Source of the DNA: an uncultured Planctomycetales bacterium
GTDB taxonomy: Bacteria > Omnitrophota > Gorgyraeia > Zapsychrales > Fredricksoniimonadaceae
DNA length: 64,000 bases
Direction of reading: 5' to 3'
Assembly (NCBI GenBank): GCA_964572155.1
Contig: CAZNDZ010000002.1
Coordinates: forward strand, 211,089 to 275,088
A program made the position numbers and the translations under genes. This document shows, one piece after another, positions 10,354 through 19,404 of the stretch. The notes under the pieces were generated by a model. It did no database searches. It was not told where the DNA came from and saw only the letters and a program-made list of their open reading frames with translations. Position 1 is the stretch's first letter; each line of letters begins with the position of its first letter.

Positions 10354-10547
10354 TAGGCGAAATCCTCTATGACTTTTTTAACTTCCACATCGGCTTTATC
10401 TATTTTAGCTTTACATGCACGCAATAAATTAACCGCCTCTTTGATGCGTTGACCCAAATCATCAACGTCAATCTCATCGTTTTCAATTTCAGCGATCAAT
10501 TCATCTAAATGCTTTAATGCTTCTTGGTATTTGATATCTTTAGACAT
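10353..10547 (-). CDS. xseB: exodeoxyribonuclease VII small subunit
   Basis: 64-aa helical protein of typical XseB size and sequence (ALKHLDELIAEIENDEIDVDD). Immediately downstream of xseA. Confidence 0.8.
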   Translation of the reverse strand: MSKDIKYQEALKHLDELIAEIENDEIDVDDLGQRIKEAVNLLRACKAKIDKADVEVKKVIEDFA

Positions 10548-10548
10548 G

Positions 10549-11778
10549 TTATTTTATATCACTTTCAACGACGCCATCCTCAAAGGTTGTAAAAAGCTGT
10601 TTTGCCTTTAAAGCGTCTTTCTTAGAGTATATCACACGGCCATCTTTATTGCGCGTGATAGAAAAACCGCGCTTTAACGTATTCTTGGGATCCGCCATAT
10701 CAATTAACTTTTGATATTGTTTTATTTTATCCCTTGCCCTCTCTAGGCGCAAATGAATTGTTTTCTTTAATGTGACTTTATACTGCTTCAATCGCTCTTG
10801 TGAAACCTTGATCATGGTCACCGGCGTGCGCTTAAAGGCATCTGCCAAAGACTTCACATGGCGCTGTTGTGCTTTTAGATACTCTTGAGCCAATTCGATC
10901 ACGCGCTTTTGACGATCATCGATTTTCTCCATACATTCTTTGACCCGATAAATTAAAAACTGCGCTACTGCTGTCGGGGTTTTTGCAAAGGTGTGCGCTG
11001 CAAGATCAGTGATCGTCGTATTTATCTCGTGGCCAATGCCGCTTATAACGGGCAAGCTGCTTTGAGCTATGGTTGTGGCAATAAGCTCGCTATCAAAACA
11101 ACTCAATTCTGTGACCGATCCTCCACCTCGAGTGATCACAATGCAATCAAGCGCCATGCTATTTAATACCTTTAATGCATTAGCCACAGATTCTTGTGCA
11201 TTCTTACCTTGCATCGTGGCATCTTTGATAAAAACCCTAAAGCCATACCCACTGCGTTTTAACTCGTCAGTAAAATCATGATACGCCGCACTGTCAAAAG
11301 ATGTGATCAAACCAATATTTAACATCAAATCCGGCAACACAAGCCGTTTATTTAAATCTAAGGTCCCTTTGGCTTTTAGCATGGCGATCAAGCGTTGACG
11401 GTCTTGAGCTATCTTGCCCAAAGTATAAACAGGATCTATGCTTTCTACAATCGCGCGGATTTGACCAAATGGTGCGTAATAATCAATCTTCAGTAAAAGC
11501 TTAACTTGGATATCTTCTTTTAGCGCAAAACCATTCTCAGTGCTTTTTAGGATTTGATCTATTTTAAGACGAGTGTTGGCCCAGATGGTGGCGCCAATTT
11601 TTGCAACGACTTGATTCGACGATGCTTCTTTTTCACTTAGGGTAAAATAAAGATGATTATTTTTTTCACGTAGTTCTTGGATTTCACCACAAACCCACAA
11701 GGCTCTGGGGAAGCCGGACTTTAAAACATCCTTAATGAAATTGCCTAACTCAGATACCGTCAGGAATTCTTCGCTCAT
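10549..11778 (-). CDS. xseA: exodeoxyribonuclease VII large subunit
   Basis: 409 aa with an OB-fold N-terminus and XseA catalytic region. Adjacent xseB. Confidence 0.8.
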   Translation of the reverse strand: MSEEFLTVSELGNFIKDVLKSGFPRALWVCGEIQELREKNNHLYFTLSEKEASSNQVVAKIGATIWANTRLKIDQILKSTENGFALKEDIQVKLLLKIDYYAPFGQIRAIVESIDPVYTLGKIAQDRQRLIAMLKAKGTLDLNKRLVLPDLMLNIGLITSFDSAAYHDFTDELKRSGYGFRVFIKDATMQGKNAQESVANALKVLNSMALDCIVITRGGGSVTELSCFDSELIATTIAQSSLPVISGIGHEINTTITDLAAHTFAKTPTAVAQFLIYRVKECMEKIDDRQKRVIELAQEYLKAQQRHVKSLADAFKRTPVTMIKVSQERLKQYKVTLKKTIHLRLERARDKIKQYQKLIDMADPKNTLKRGFSITRNKDGRVIYSKKDALKAKQLFTTFEDGVVESDIK

Positions 11779-12203
11779 GCTTTAAGTAATCCTAAATCTA
11801 ACATTTCTTTTTCTAAAGCTTGGCCGGCAGGGATGATGATTGATTCCATAGCTTTTAATTTCTTATCAAGTTCATGCTTCATGCCGTGAAGTTTTTTGGC
11901 ATTATCTGGCGTCTTACGTTGCAAATCAGCCACATACCATTGTTCAAAATCTTTATGTTCTTTAAATAATGCATTGAACTCCTCCAACGCTTTCATGCAA
12001 ACAATAATGCTCTCATGTTTTTTAACGCATGCCAACTCCTTCACAGCCCCCCATGTGCGCATGGCAAACCCTTGGGTGATGAATTGGCGCTGGTCCATCA
12101 CATAAAATGTTTCTAGATTCTTTTCCATCTCATCTAGAAAAGCCACTAAATCTTTCTTCATTTGCTGCTCTTGTTGAAACTTCACAATGATTGGAATCAT
12201 CAA
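11775..12203 (-). CDS. hypothetical protein
   Basis: 142-aa ORF translationally coupled to xseA. No recognisable motif. Confidence 0.4.
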   Translation of the reverse strand: MMIPIIVKFQQEQQMKKDLVAFLDEMEKNLETFYVMDQRQFITQGFAMRTWGAVKELACVKKHESIIVCMKALEEFNALFKEHKDFEQWYVADLQRKTPDNAKKLHGMKHELDKKLKAMESIIIPAGQALEKEMLDLGLLKA

Positions 12204-12210
12204 AAATGCC

Positions 12211-14226
12211 TTATTTAAAAGGTTTATAATGTGTTAATGCCGCCCATAATTGATCCCATTGCATGACAGGCATCACCGTCGAATAATCATCTGTCCACGT
12301 GCGCATTGGCTTATAATCCCCTGTATGCAATTCACGCCAACCCTCTTTGCTGATCAAATGAATAAAACGCTCTTGATCCCACGTCATCACCGCCCAAAAT
12401 GTTCTTAAGGTAATTCCGTTTTGCTCTGCTTCTTTGATTGCAACGTAGGCCCCTGTTTCTAAAGCAATATTTGCGAGCACCGGTTCAAGATTGAAATATC
12501 GACTCGGGATATGCAATAAAATTCCGCCTCGTTGAGTTAAATGTTCCTGATAAATTTTAACAACATCTTTATTGATCAAATGCACAGGGATCGCATCACC
12601 GCCAAATGCATCAACGATTAATAAATCATAAACACTGCCAGGGGTATTAACTAGCGACAACCTCGCATCACCGATAGCAACACGGATATGACCTGGGGCA
12701 GATGCCAAATACCAAAAATGGGATTTAGCAATGGATAAAACATCAGGATCCAGTTCGTAAAAATCCATCGGAACATCTGGCTTACTATACATGGCGGTTG
12801 TGCCAGCCCCTAAACCAATGGCACCAACGCGCTGTGCTTTAAAAATATCTTTTTGAAAAATCTCTCCCAACGGTGACAAGGGACTGTAATAACCCAAGGG
12901 CACAAAACGTTTGGACTCATCGGTCCATTGAATCCCATGCAGCGTCGTGCCATGCACAAACGTGCGCACACCATTCTTATCAAACACATCATAAATGCCG
13001 TAATAATTACGCTTCTTAACCAATGAATGATGGGGATTCGTCCAATAATCCGCCCCAATAGCAATCATAATCAAAGCTAACAAAATAAGCCGCGTGATTT
13101 TATGCGGATAGACAAATGCAATGATACCAAGCCCAAAGAGGAATTCAACTGGTGAATAAGATATTAAGGGGACAATCCAACTGGTGACAAATCCACCTAA
13201 AAAACCACCTAACGATATCATGACATAAAAGAACGTTAGCTTGCCAGATGATGGTTTTGATTGGATCAATTCTTTTTGTGTAAACAAACACAAGAAAAAT
13301 AAGATCAGATTAAATAAGATCACCGACCATGCAGCCGGCAAAAATGATGTTCTGACTTGAAAATAAAACGTAACCCCAAGTGTAATGGCAATAGCAGGAA
13401 TAAATTTAAACCAAGATGGATACCAAGGCTTACTCTTAAAACATAAAATGAAACTTAACAGATAAATGCTAAGCGGGATGATCCACAATAATGGGATGGG
13501 CGCTACTTCATAAGTGATTAAATTGGTGACGGATAAGAATAACATGACACCGGCTGCACTGAGCAACAACCAACGCAGCGCCTGTGACCTTGTGACAACA
13601 GCCGCCCCCTCATCTTCTGTCTTAACATCTTTAACCGTAATCACTCGAAAAGCCCAAATCGTAAGCGCGACCAACAAAACATAAATCACGCGCCAAATAT
13701 TTAACTGCTCGGTATTGGTTAACAATGGTTCTACAAAAAATGGATAAGACCATAAGGCGAGAAACGAACCAACATTTGAGATAGCATATAAAATGAAAGG
13801 ATGATTACGTCGAGCATGGTCGCTGGATGACAACCACGCTTGAGTGACTAAAGAAATCGTTGATAACACCAAGAACACTGGTCCAATGGTTGTAATTAAC
13901 CGAACAAAGATATCCAACACCAATGGCATGCCGGATGCATGATGATCGACATGAATACTGCGTCCTGGAAAGAAGAAAAAGGGTATGAGCAATAAAACTA
14001 AGTGAATCTTCAAATATTTCTTAAAACCAAACATGTCAATGCCCTTATGCGCAAACGCATACCCCGCCAAGAGCACCGCCTGAAAAAACACCACACAAGC
14101 CCCCCAGACCAAATAACTACCACCGTAAATGGGCAACAATAATTTCGCAATGATCAATTCAATCTGAAATAAAAGAAATGCGGAAAAGAATGTGATGACG
14201 CTAAGTAATAAGAAACTTAATTGAAA
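12211..14226 (-). CDS. polytopic membrane protein with C-terminal spermidine-synthase-like (PABS) methyltransferase-fold domain
   Basis: About 11 predicted TM helices, followed by an SpeE-like domain (AIGLGAGTTAMY...LLIVDAFGGDAIPVHL). The listed ORF start overlaps the tRNA. An in-frame GTG at about 14226 preceded by AAGGAG is the likely start. Confidence 0.6.
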   Translation of the reverse strand, partial: FQLSFLLLSVITFFSAFLLFQIELIIAKLLLPIYGGSYLVWGACVVFFQAVLLAGYAFAHKGIDMFGFKKYLKIHLVLLLIPFFFFPGRSIHVDHHASGMPLVLDIFVRLITTIGPVFLVLSTISLVTQAWLSSSDHARRNHPFILYAISNVGSFLALWSYPFFVEPLLTNTEQLNIWRVIYVLLVALTIWAFRVITVKDVKTEDEGAAVVTRSQALRWLLLSAAGVMLFLSVTNLITYEVAPIPLLWIIPLSIYLLSFILCFKSKPWYPSWFKFIPAIAITLGVTFYFQVRTSFLPAAWSVILFNLILFFLCLFTQKELIQSKPSSGKLTFFYVMISLGGFLGGFVTSWIVPLISYSPVEFLFGLGIIAFVYPHKITRLILLALIMIAIGADYWTNPHHSLVKKRNYYGIYDVFDKNGVRTFVHGTTLHGIQWTDESKRFVPLGYYSPLSPLGEIFQKDIFKAQRVGAIGLGAGTTAMYSKPDVPMDFYELDPDVLSIAKSHFWYLASAPGHIRVAIGDARLSLVNTPGSVYDLLIVDAFGGDAIPVHLINKDVVKIYQEHLTQRGGILLHIPSRYFNLEPVLANIALETGAYVAIKEAEQNGITLRTFWAVMTWDQERFIHLISKEGWRELHTGDYKPMRTWTDDYSTVMPVMQWDQLWAALTHYKPFK

Positions 14227-14249
14227 CACACACGCTCCTTGATTAAAAA

Positions 14250-14341
14250 TGGCGGAGAGGGAGAGATTTGAACTCTCGATCCAAGTTACCCCGGATAACA
14301 GTTTTCGAGACTGCCGCATTCGACCACTCTGCCACCTCTCC
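14250..14341 (-). tRNA. tRNA-Ser (anticodon CGA), CCA encoded
   Basis: Minus-strand read GGAGAGGTGGCAGAGTGGTCGAATGCGGCAGTCTCGAAAACTG...GGATCGAGAGTTCAAATCTCTCCCTCTCCGCCA. Long variable arm. Anticodon loop CU-CGA-AA. Confidence 0.85.
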
Positions 14342-14367
14342 AATATCCAAAAGTCTTTTTCAAGCCG

Positions 14368-15021
14368 CTAATTATACATTTCTTCCCTTTTTAAGGGAAT
14401 TAAATTTGAAAAGTACATCACGCGGGCTATGTCGGTCAGTTTCAATAATTTGACAGCTTTACCAAGCGTCACGGATTTTCCTAACAACTGCTGAGCCATT
14501 TCAAAACGTGGCGTGCGCTTCAATGATTTCTGAGGCAATGACAGTAAAGCAACATGAATGGTTGGGTTATCATTGATAAAACCTAATTTGATGCCATGCT
14601 CCATGATCTCGCGCAGCAAAAGGATTGAAAAATTAATCTTATGTGGTCGGGTCTTTTTAACCCACGCGTCTTTATAACTTTCAACCACCTTAGGGGTTAT
14701 TTGAGAAATGTATTTGATCGACGGATAAGCGACGCTTAGAAACTCACTAAAATGCAGAATCAATTGTGCAAAACGACCTTGGGTAATATCGCTATACTGA
14801 TCTTGGATATGAACTAAAAATTGTTCAAAAAAAGCAACATATGAAATTTCACGAACAACCGTTAACATCTCACCCGATGCTATCTTCTTCTCCGTCGCCT
14901 CCAATAATTTCAAAGCTTCTTTTTCATCAGACCCTGCGACTTGAGAATATAATAATCCGCGTGCATAAAACTCGATGTAATACGTATCCCCAATTTTCTT
15001 AATATTACCCATTGCGATCAA
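14368..15021 (-). pseudogene. tyrosine-recombinase (phage integrase) N-terminal fragment: arm-binding and core-binding domains only, catalytic domain absent
   Basis: N-terminus MGNIKKIGDTYYIEFYARG is a typical integrase arm-type DNA-binding start. The ORF ends after about 217 aa with no R-H-R-Y catalytic domain. Lies next to the tRNA-Ser. Confidence 0.5.
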
Positions 15022-15527
15022 CGCTCTATTTCAATATCAATGACGCGCCCTTTTTTAAAAGGCCGCTCATTAGATTTTAATAACCATACACTATAAAACC
15101 TCATGATATATGTAAACATAATCCAAACCATCAAATCACGCACGATGGACCAACTAGACTTCACTGTCGCACTAATAACAGCCAGTGGTGCTAAAAGTTT
15201 AAATAAGAACGCCAATAATATACCCCAAAATCCAAACGTATTAACCACAAACAAAAACGCCATCATCCACGACGTCACCCCTAGAACATTAGACATCGTC
15301 ACACAATAACGCGACAGTACCGGTTTAAATTTTTGATTATAAGAAAATGGAAAGATAAAAATTAAGAATACGACGATCAATGCATACGACACAACGCTTA
15401 AAAACGGTAAGAGCAACTGCGATGCCTTGGTCACCCCCCAGAAAAACAAAGCCCCCAACAGCACAATCGCTGCTACGAAAAACAAGAAAACTGTAAAACC
15501 TTTAAAGCCACTGTAGACTTTTATCAT
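15018..15527 (-). CDS. hypothetical membrane protein (4 TM)
   Basis: 169-aa hydrophobic ORF overlapping the integrase fragment. No family recognised. Confidence 0.4.
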   Translation of the reverse strand: MIKVYSGFKGFTVFLFFVAAIVLLGALFFWGVTKASQLLLPFLSVVSYALIVVFLIFIFPFSYNQKFKPVLSRYCVTMSNVLGVTSWMMAFLFVVNTFGFWGILLAFLFKLLAPLAVISATVKSSWSIVRDLMVWIMFTYIMRFYSVWLLKSNERPFKKGRVIDIEIER

Positions 15528-15538
15528 ATTAAGTGGGA

Positions 15539-15585
15539 CTCACTTCGAATCCCTTTTATAAAAAAACGGAGAGGCAGGGATTCGG
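15539..15585. repeat. 47-bp direct repeat copy A: degenerate duplicate of the tRNA-Ser(TGA) 3' end plus flank (att-like)
   Basis: Matches 15670-15716 with 1 mismatch. Continues as a degenerate pseudo-T-arm. Confidence 0.8.
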
Positions 15586-15669
15586 TGCCCTCCAGTCGCC
15601 TTTGGCTCCTTACGGGTCAGCCACTCGGCCTGTCTATTATGATGCTCCTGCTCGTCGCATCAAACAGGC

Positions 15670-15716
15670 CTCACTTCGAATCCCTTTTATAACAAAACGG
15701 AGAGGCAGGGATTCGA
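15670..15716. repeat. 47-bp direct repeat copy B: 3' end of tRNA-Ser(TGA) plus downstream flank
   Basis: Covers the T-arm and acceptor 3' strand of the intact tRNA and about 25 nt of flank. Confidence 0.8.
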
Positions 15717-15782
15717 ACCCTGGGTCCCTTGCGAGACAACGGTTTTCAAGACCGCCGCATTCGACCACTCTGCCACCTCTCC
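15698..15782 (-). tRNA. tRNA-Ser (anticodon TGA), no encoded CCA
   Basis: GGAGAGGTGGCAGAGTGGTCGAATGCGGCGGTCTTGAAAACCG...CAGGGTTCGAATCCCTGCCTCTCCG. Anticodon loop CU-UGA-AA. Long variable arm. Confidence 0.85.
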
Positions 15783-15827
15783 AAAATTTACGCGTGCAAA
15801 TATACCACCCGACGTCGGATATGTCAA

Positions 15828-16433
15828 CTAGGATGGGACAAACAAGAGCTTGTAGATCGTGTGGTAAACATTCACGGTTTGATGGGATAAATGTTTAACA
15901 AACGTGACCAAAGAAAACTCACTCATCACCATAGCTAAAAGCAGCGCGGCGATGATCACATGAAAGATGAAAGCCAAACCAAAACTTAAGAAATATCCCC
16001 CCTTGATCGTCGCCTGTTCGCTTTCATGCAAGTGTTGCGCGGTGACAACCACATGCATGGTCCAAAAAAAGCTTAAGACCAAGATGGCCGGATTTTCATA
16101 TCTGCCCAAAACACCCGTGGTATGCAAAATTAAAAAGGCTATGCTTAAGATAAGTGTATAAATTGGAATGATTAAAGCAGCAACTTCGGCGATGGGTTTT
16201 GCAAAGGCTAATAGTTTAGTGACAATGGTTTGACCGAAGGTGAAGATTTCTTGGAAATTGTAAACAAAGAGGTAAACCACCACAAAGGCTTCAACGCCAT
16301 ATAGCAACCACTGCTCTTTTGGTTCTCCGACAGCAACCACAGTTTTATAGAAAGACCACACCAAGGCAACAAGGAATGGAACTAAGAGGATAAAACAAAT
16401 GAGTTTTAAAATGCCCAACAAATTGGCTTTCAC
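15828..16433 (-). CDS. hypothetical polytopic membrane protein
   Basis: 201 aa with about 6 TM helices. No recognised motif. Confidence 0.4.
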   Translation of the reverse strand: MKANLLGILKLICFILLVPFLVALVWSFYKTVVAVGEPKEQWLLYGVEAFVVVYLFVYNFQEIFTFGQTIVTKLLAFAKPIAEVAALIIPIYTLILSIAFLILHTTGVLGRYENPAILVLSFFWTMHVVVTAQHLHESEQATIKGGYFLSFGLAFIFHVIIAALLLAMVMSEFSLVTFVKHLSHQTVNVYHTIYKLLFVPS

Positions 16434-16441
16434 AACAGCTC

Positions 16442-17716
16442 CTATCGACGGGTGATCTTGGTTGCTCCGCCCATATATGGACGTAACACTTCTGGGATCA
16501 CCACATCACCCTCTTTGGTCTGGTAGTTTTCTAAGATGGCAATCATGGTGCGCGGCAAAGCCACACCTGAACCATTGAGCGTATGTAAAAATCCTTTTTT
16601 CTTGCCGTCTTTGCCTTTATAAGAAATGTTGGCACGACGCGCTTGGAAGTCTTCAAAATTAGAACAGCTTGAACCTTCAAGCCATTTATCCAAACCAGCT
16701 GCATAAACTTCTAGGTCATAGCATTTAGCAGCGGCAAAACTAATATCCCCACTAGCCAACAACAACACACGGTAAGGAATATTCAATAATTCAAAAATCT
16801 TTTTAGCATTCACAACCAAGGTCTCTAATTCTTCATAAGAGGTTTCAGGACGGACAAACTTAACAAGCTCCACCTTATCAAATTGGTGAACACGAACAAG
16901 CCCACGCGTGTCTTTGCCATAGGAACCTGCTTCACGTCGGAAACATGTTGAATAAGCTGTATAATATAAAGGCAATTGCTCTTCTTCGAGCATTTCATCA
17001 CGATGGATATTGGTGACAGGCACTTCTGCTGTTGGGATTAAATATAAATCATCAGCGGTTACATGGTACATGTCTTCTTTCATCTTAGGCAATTGCCCTG
17101 TCCCTGTCATTGACGCGGCATTAACCAAGACCGGTGTAAACATTTCACGGTAACCATGTTGGCTTGTATGAACATCTAACATGAAATTATACAAAGCTCG
17201 TTCAAGGCGCGCGCCTTGGTCTTTGTATAAAATGAAATTAGAACCAGAAAGTTTGGTGCCGCGTTTAAAATCAATGATGTCTAAATCTTCACCGATTTCA
17301 ATGTGTGTCTTTGGTTTGAAATCTAATTTAGGAAGATCCCCCCACGTACCCACCACCCGATTTAACTCAGGACCACCGACGGGAACTGTGCTGTGCGGCA
17401 TATTGGGAATAGTAATTTGAATTTCATAAATTTCTTGTTCAATTTTTTTAATGACCGGATCCATTGCGTCTATTTGCGCGGCAATTTGTTTCATGCTGGC
17501 AATGGTCATTTTGGGATCAGTTTTTTCTTTAATCATGCGGCTGATCGTGTCATTGGCGGCATTTTTTTGAGCTTTTAGATCATCAATCTCAACCAGTAAT
17601 TGACGGCGTTTTTGATCCAAATCTAAAATCCTACTTAAATCAATATTAACGCGCTTAGCAGCTAAGCCAGCTTTAACTTTATCGACATTTTCTCGGATAT
17701 ATTTAAGGTCTAACAT
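16442..17716 (-). CDS. serS: seryl-tRNA synthetase
   Basis: N-terminal coiled-coil arm (MLDLKYIRENVDKV...) and class II aaRS core. 424 aa. Confidence 0.9.
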   Translation of the reverse strand: MLDLKYIRENVDKVKAGLAAKRVNIDLSRILDLDQKRRQLLVEIDDLKAQKNAANDTISRMIKEKTDPKMTIASMKQIAAQIDAMDPVIKKIEQEIYEIQITIPNMPHSTVPVGGPELNRVVGTWGDLPKLDFKPKTHIEIGEDLDIIDFKRGTKLSGSNFILYKDQGARLERALYNFMLDVHTSQHGYREMFTPVLVNAASMTGTGQLPKMKEDMYHVTADDLYLIPTAEVPVTNIHRDEMLEEEQLPLYYTAYSTCFRREAGSYGKDTRGLVRVHQFDKVELVKFVRPETSYEELETLVVNAKKIFELLNIPYRVLLLASGDISFAAAKCYDLEVYAAGLDKWLEGSSCSNFEDFQARRANISYKGKDGKKKGFLHTLNGSGVALPRTMIAILENYQTKEGDVVIPEVLRPYMGGATKITRR

Positions 17717-17718
17717 AA

Positions 17719-18150
17719 TTAATTATTGGTCTTCTTTTCTTTTAACGCGATGTTAATTTGCTCTAAGAGAAACTTCGCATTGATGGGTTTTGATAAATAG
17801 TTTTCGCCGCCTTCTTCATAGCAATTGATGATGCTGCCTGGCGTATCCATGCTTGTTAAAAACAGCACGGGGATATTCTTGGTTATCTCCTCACTTTTGA
17901 GCATCTTACAGACAATTGGCCCCTTAATATCAGGCAAATTGTAGTCTAAAATAATCAAATCCGGTCTGTTTTCTTTAGCCAAAATAAACCCCGCATTGCC
18001 CTCAAATGCAGACAATGGCGTGTAACCACCCCGCGCGATCGTCGATGAAACCAACTTTTGATCGACTTCGCTGTCTTCAATGACTAAAATCTTGATATGT
18101 TTATTGTCAGGAGTTTTTCGGGAAAATTTTGCTAAAATCTTTGAAAACAT
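17719..18150 (-). CDS. single-domain response regulator (receiver only)
   Basis: CheY-like receiver (ILVIEDSEVD...DLIILDYNLPDIKG...LFLTS). 1-bp gap from serS. Confidence 0.75.
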   Translation of the reverse strand: MFSKILAKFSRKTPDNKHIKILVIEDSEVDQKLVSSTIARGGYTPLSAFEGNAGFILAKENRPDLIILDYNLPDIKGPIVCKMLKSEEITKNIPVLFLTSMDTPGSIINCYEEGGENYLSKPINAKFLLEQINIALKEKKTNN

Positions 18151-18201
18151 GGAGTTATGTTATACAAATCAGGCAGGGGTGTCAATGTTAAAGTGACGCA
18201 T

Positions 18202-18546
18202 TTACTCTAGAATAACACTTGAAAGGTTTCTTAGAATCACATCATGCTGTTCTTTATTAATTATGCCTATCTGATTTATGAGCCGACTATTATCTATGGC
18301 TAAAATTTGATCAATTAACACATCAGAATCATGTTCTAAACCGGTTTCCTTATTAGCCTTAATACGAACCCTTAATAATGTAGACGCATCTATGAGGGCG
18401 GTTGTCAGCGGACAAACAATCGTACTGGCTAAATAGTTATTTAATCCATCGGTTTGCACAATAACAACTGGCCTTACCTTCCCTGGCTTTGTACCAAAAG
18501 GAGGATTTAAATTTGCTAAAAAGATATCAAATTTTTTAATTTTCAT
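18202..18546 (-). CDS. mazF: MazF/PemK-family endoribonuclease toxin
   Basis: 114 aa. N-terminal KFDIFLANLNPPFGTKPGKVRPVVIV is the typical PemK/MazF signature. Overlaps the upstream small antitoxin gene by 4 bp. Confidence 0.8.
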   Translation of the reverse strand: MKIKKFDIFLANLNPPFGTKPGKVRPVVIVQTDGLNNYLASTIVCPLTTALIDASTLLRVRIKANKETGLEHDSDVLIDQILAIDNSRLINQIGIINKEQHDVILRNLSSVILE

Positions 18547-18779
18547 GGGATTAAATGAGGGTCTAATAATTCCATTTCTTTTAATACTGCCATGGAATTA
18601 TCTCGGACAAGTTTTGATTCTTTACGAAATTGTTTCATTAGATTCTTACGTCTATTTAACTTATTGTAAAGCTCTACCGCTTCATTAATGTACGCATTCC
18701 TTGAAATCTTTATTTGTTTAATCATATTCTCAGCCTCTTCAAAAATCTCATCTTTTAACTTTAGTGATAGCACTTTCAT
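18543..18779 (-). CDS. putative antitoxin (small RHH/MazE-like DNA-binding protein)
   Basis: 79 aa starting MKVLSLKLKDE, with an AAGGAGG RBS. The N-terminal extension in the ORF track lies over a GC-rich non-coding element. Confidence 0.55.
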   Translation of the reverse strand: MKVLSLKLKDEIFEEAENMIKQIKISRNAYINEAVELYNKLNRRKNLMKQFRKESKLVRDNSMAVLKEMELLDPHLIP

Positions 18780-18834
18780 GTAAGCCTCCTTGGTATCACT
18801 AAAAGTATATACTTTTAAAAACCTAAATTCAAGA

Positions 18835-18945
18835 AATAAAGCGCCCGGAAATTTTTTAGGCGTGGATCGCGGCAGCCCCCGTGGCCTCTTAATCGCTAGC
18901 AGATCAAGACGCACTCCCACCGGGATCCTGTGGGCGCTTTATAAA
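18835..18945 (-). other. GC-rich structured element: candidate complex terminator or small RNA
   Basis: A roughly 100-nt region much more GC-rich than its surroundings. It is closed by a 9-bp stem (AAAGCGCCC ... GGGCGCTTT) followed by a U-rich tract on the minus-strand transcript. It lies just after the spoVG stop. Confidence 0.35.
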
Positions 18946-18947
18946 CG

Positions 18948-19223
18948 TTACACTGTTTGGTACGCTTCTAAAACTTTCTGAGTGATCTTTTCTTTTACTT
19001 CTTTGCTCATGCAACGCACCCGCTCGAACCAGCGTTCATTCTTGCGGTCAAGCTCGCTTGGCATGGCAACGAATAACCCGTTTTTGCCATCAATAACCTT
19101 AACACCTTTGATTAATAAAGCGTCGTTGATACCTAAATCCACAAACGCTTTGGTGCGGTTCCCGTCGGCATCTGGCAGACGGTGCACTTTGACAACTGAT
19201 AATTCAATTTCATCTTTACCCAT
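18948..19223 (-). CDS. spoVG: SpoVG-family nucleic-acid-binding regulator
   Basis: Matches the SpoVG core (VHRLPDADGNRTKAFVDLGINDALLIKGVKVIDGKNGLFVAMP). Start taken at MGKDEIE after AGGAGGGGG. Confidence 0.85.
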   Translation of the reverse strand: MGKDEIELSVVKVHRLPDADGNRTKAFVDLGINDALLIKGVKVIDGKNGLFVAMPSELDRKNERWFERVRCMSKEVKEKITQKVLEAYQTV

Positions 19224-19404
19224 ACCCCCTCCTTGTTTGTTTAACATGTTAAAAGCATAAATCATGTTTGATTATTTGTCAAATTATTATTTTATCTATA
19301 GTCAATTAGTTTATTGACCAATGAAACATAAAATATTGCAAAAAATGCAAGAGATGTTATACTTAAAGATATTTATTTATTTTTATTCTACCAAAGGACA
19401 ACTT

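Noticed and set aside
12211-14343. 710-aa ORF start at 14343 ([11 protein letters not shown]...)
   Set aside because: The first about 30 codons are the antisense of tRNA-Ser(CGA). The start was moved to the in-frame GTG after an AAGGAG at about 14226.
15533-15898. 121-aa plus-strand ORF spanning the tRNA-Ser(TGA) region
   Set aside because: It overlaps a tRNA gene and the att-like repeats. The Pro/Arg/Ser-rich translation is an antisense reading of tRNA sequence, not a protein.
18543-18920. 125-aa ORF as the full antitoxin gene
   Set aside because: The N-terminal 47 codons run across the GC-rich structured element and lack an RBS. A strong AAGGAGG precedes the internal Met at 18779, giving a 79-aa antitoxin-sized product.
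18835-18945. SRP (4.5S) RNA or truncated tRNA as identity of the GC-rich element
   Set aside because: No match to the conserved SRP domain IV sequence (AGGUCCGGAAGGAAGCAGCC-like) and no tRNA T-loop (GGTTCGAATCC) motif. Kept only as an unclassified structured element.
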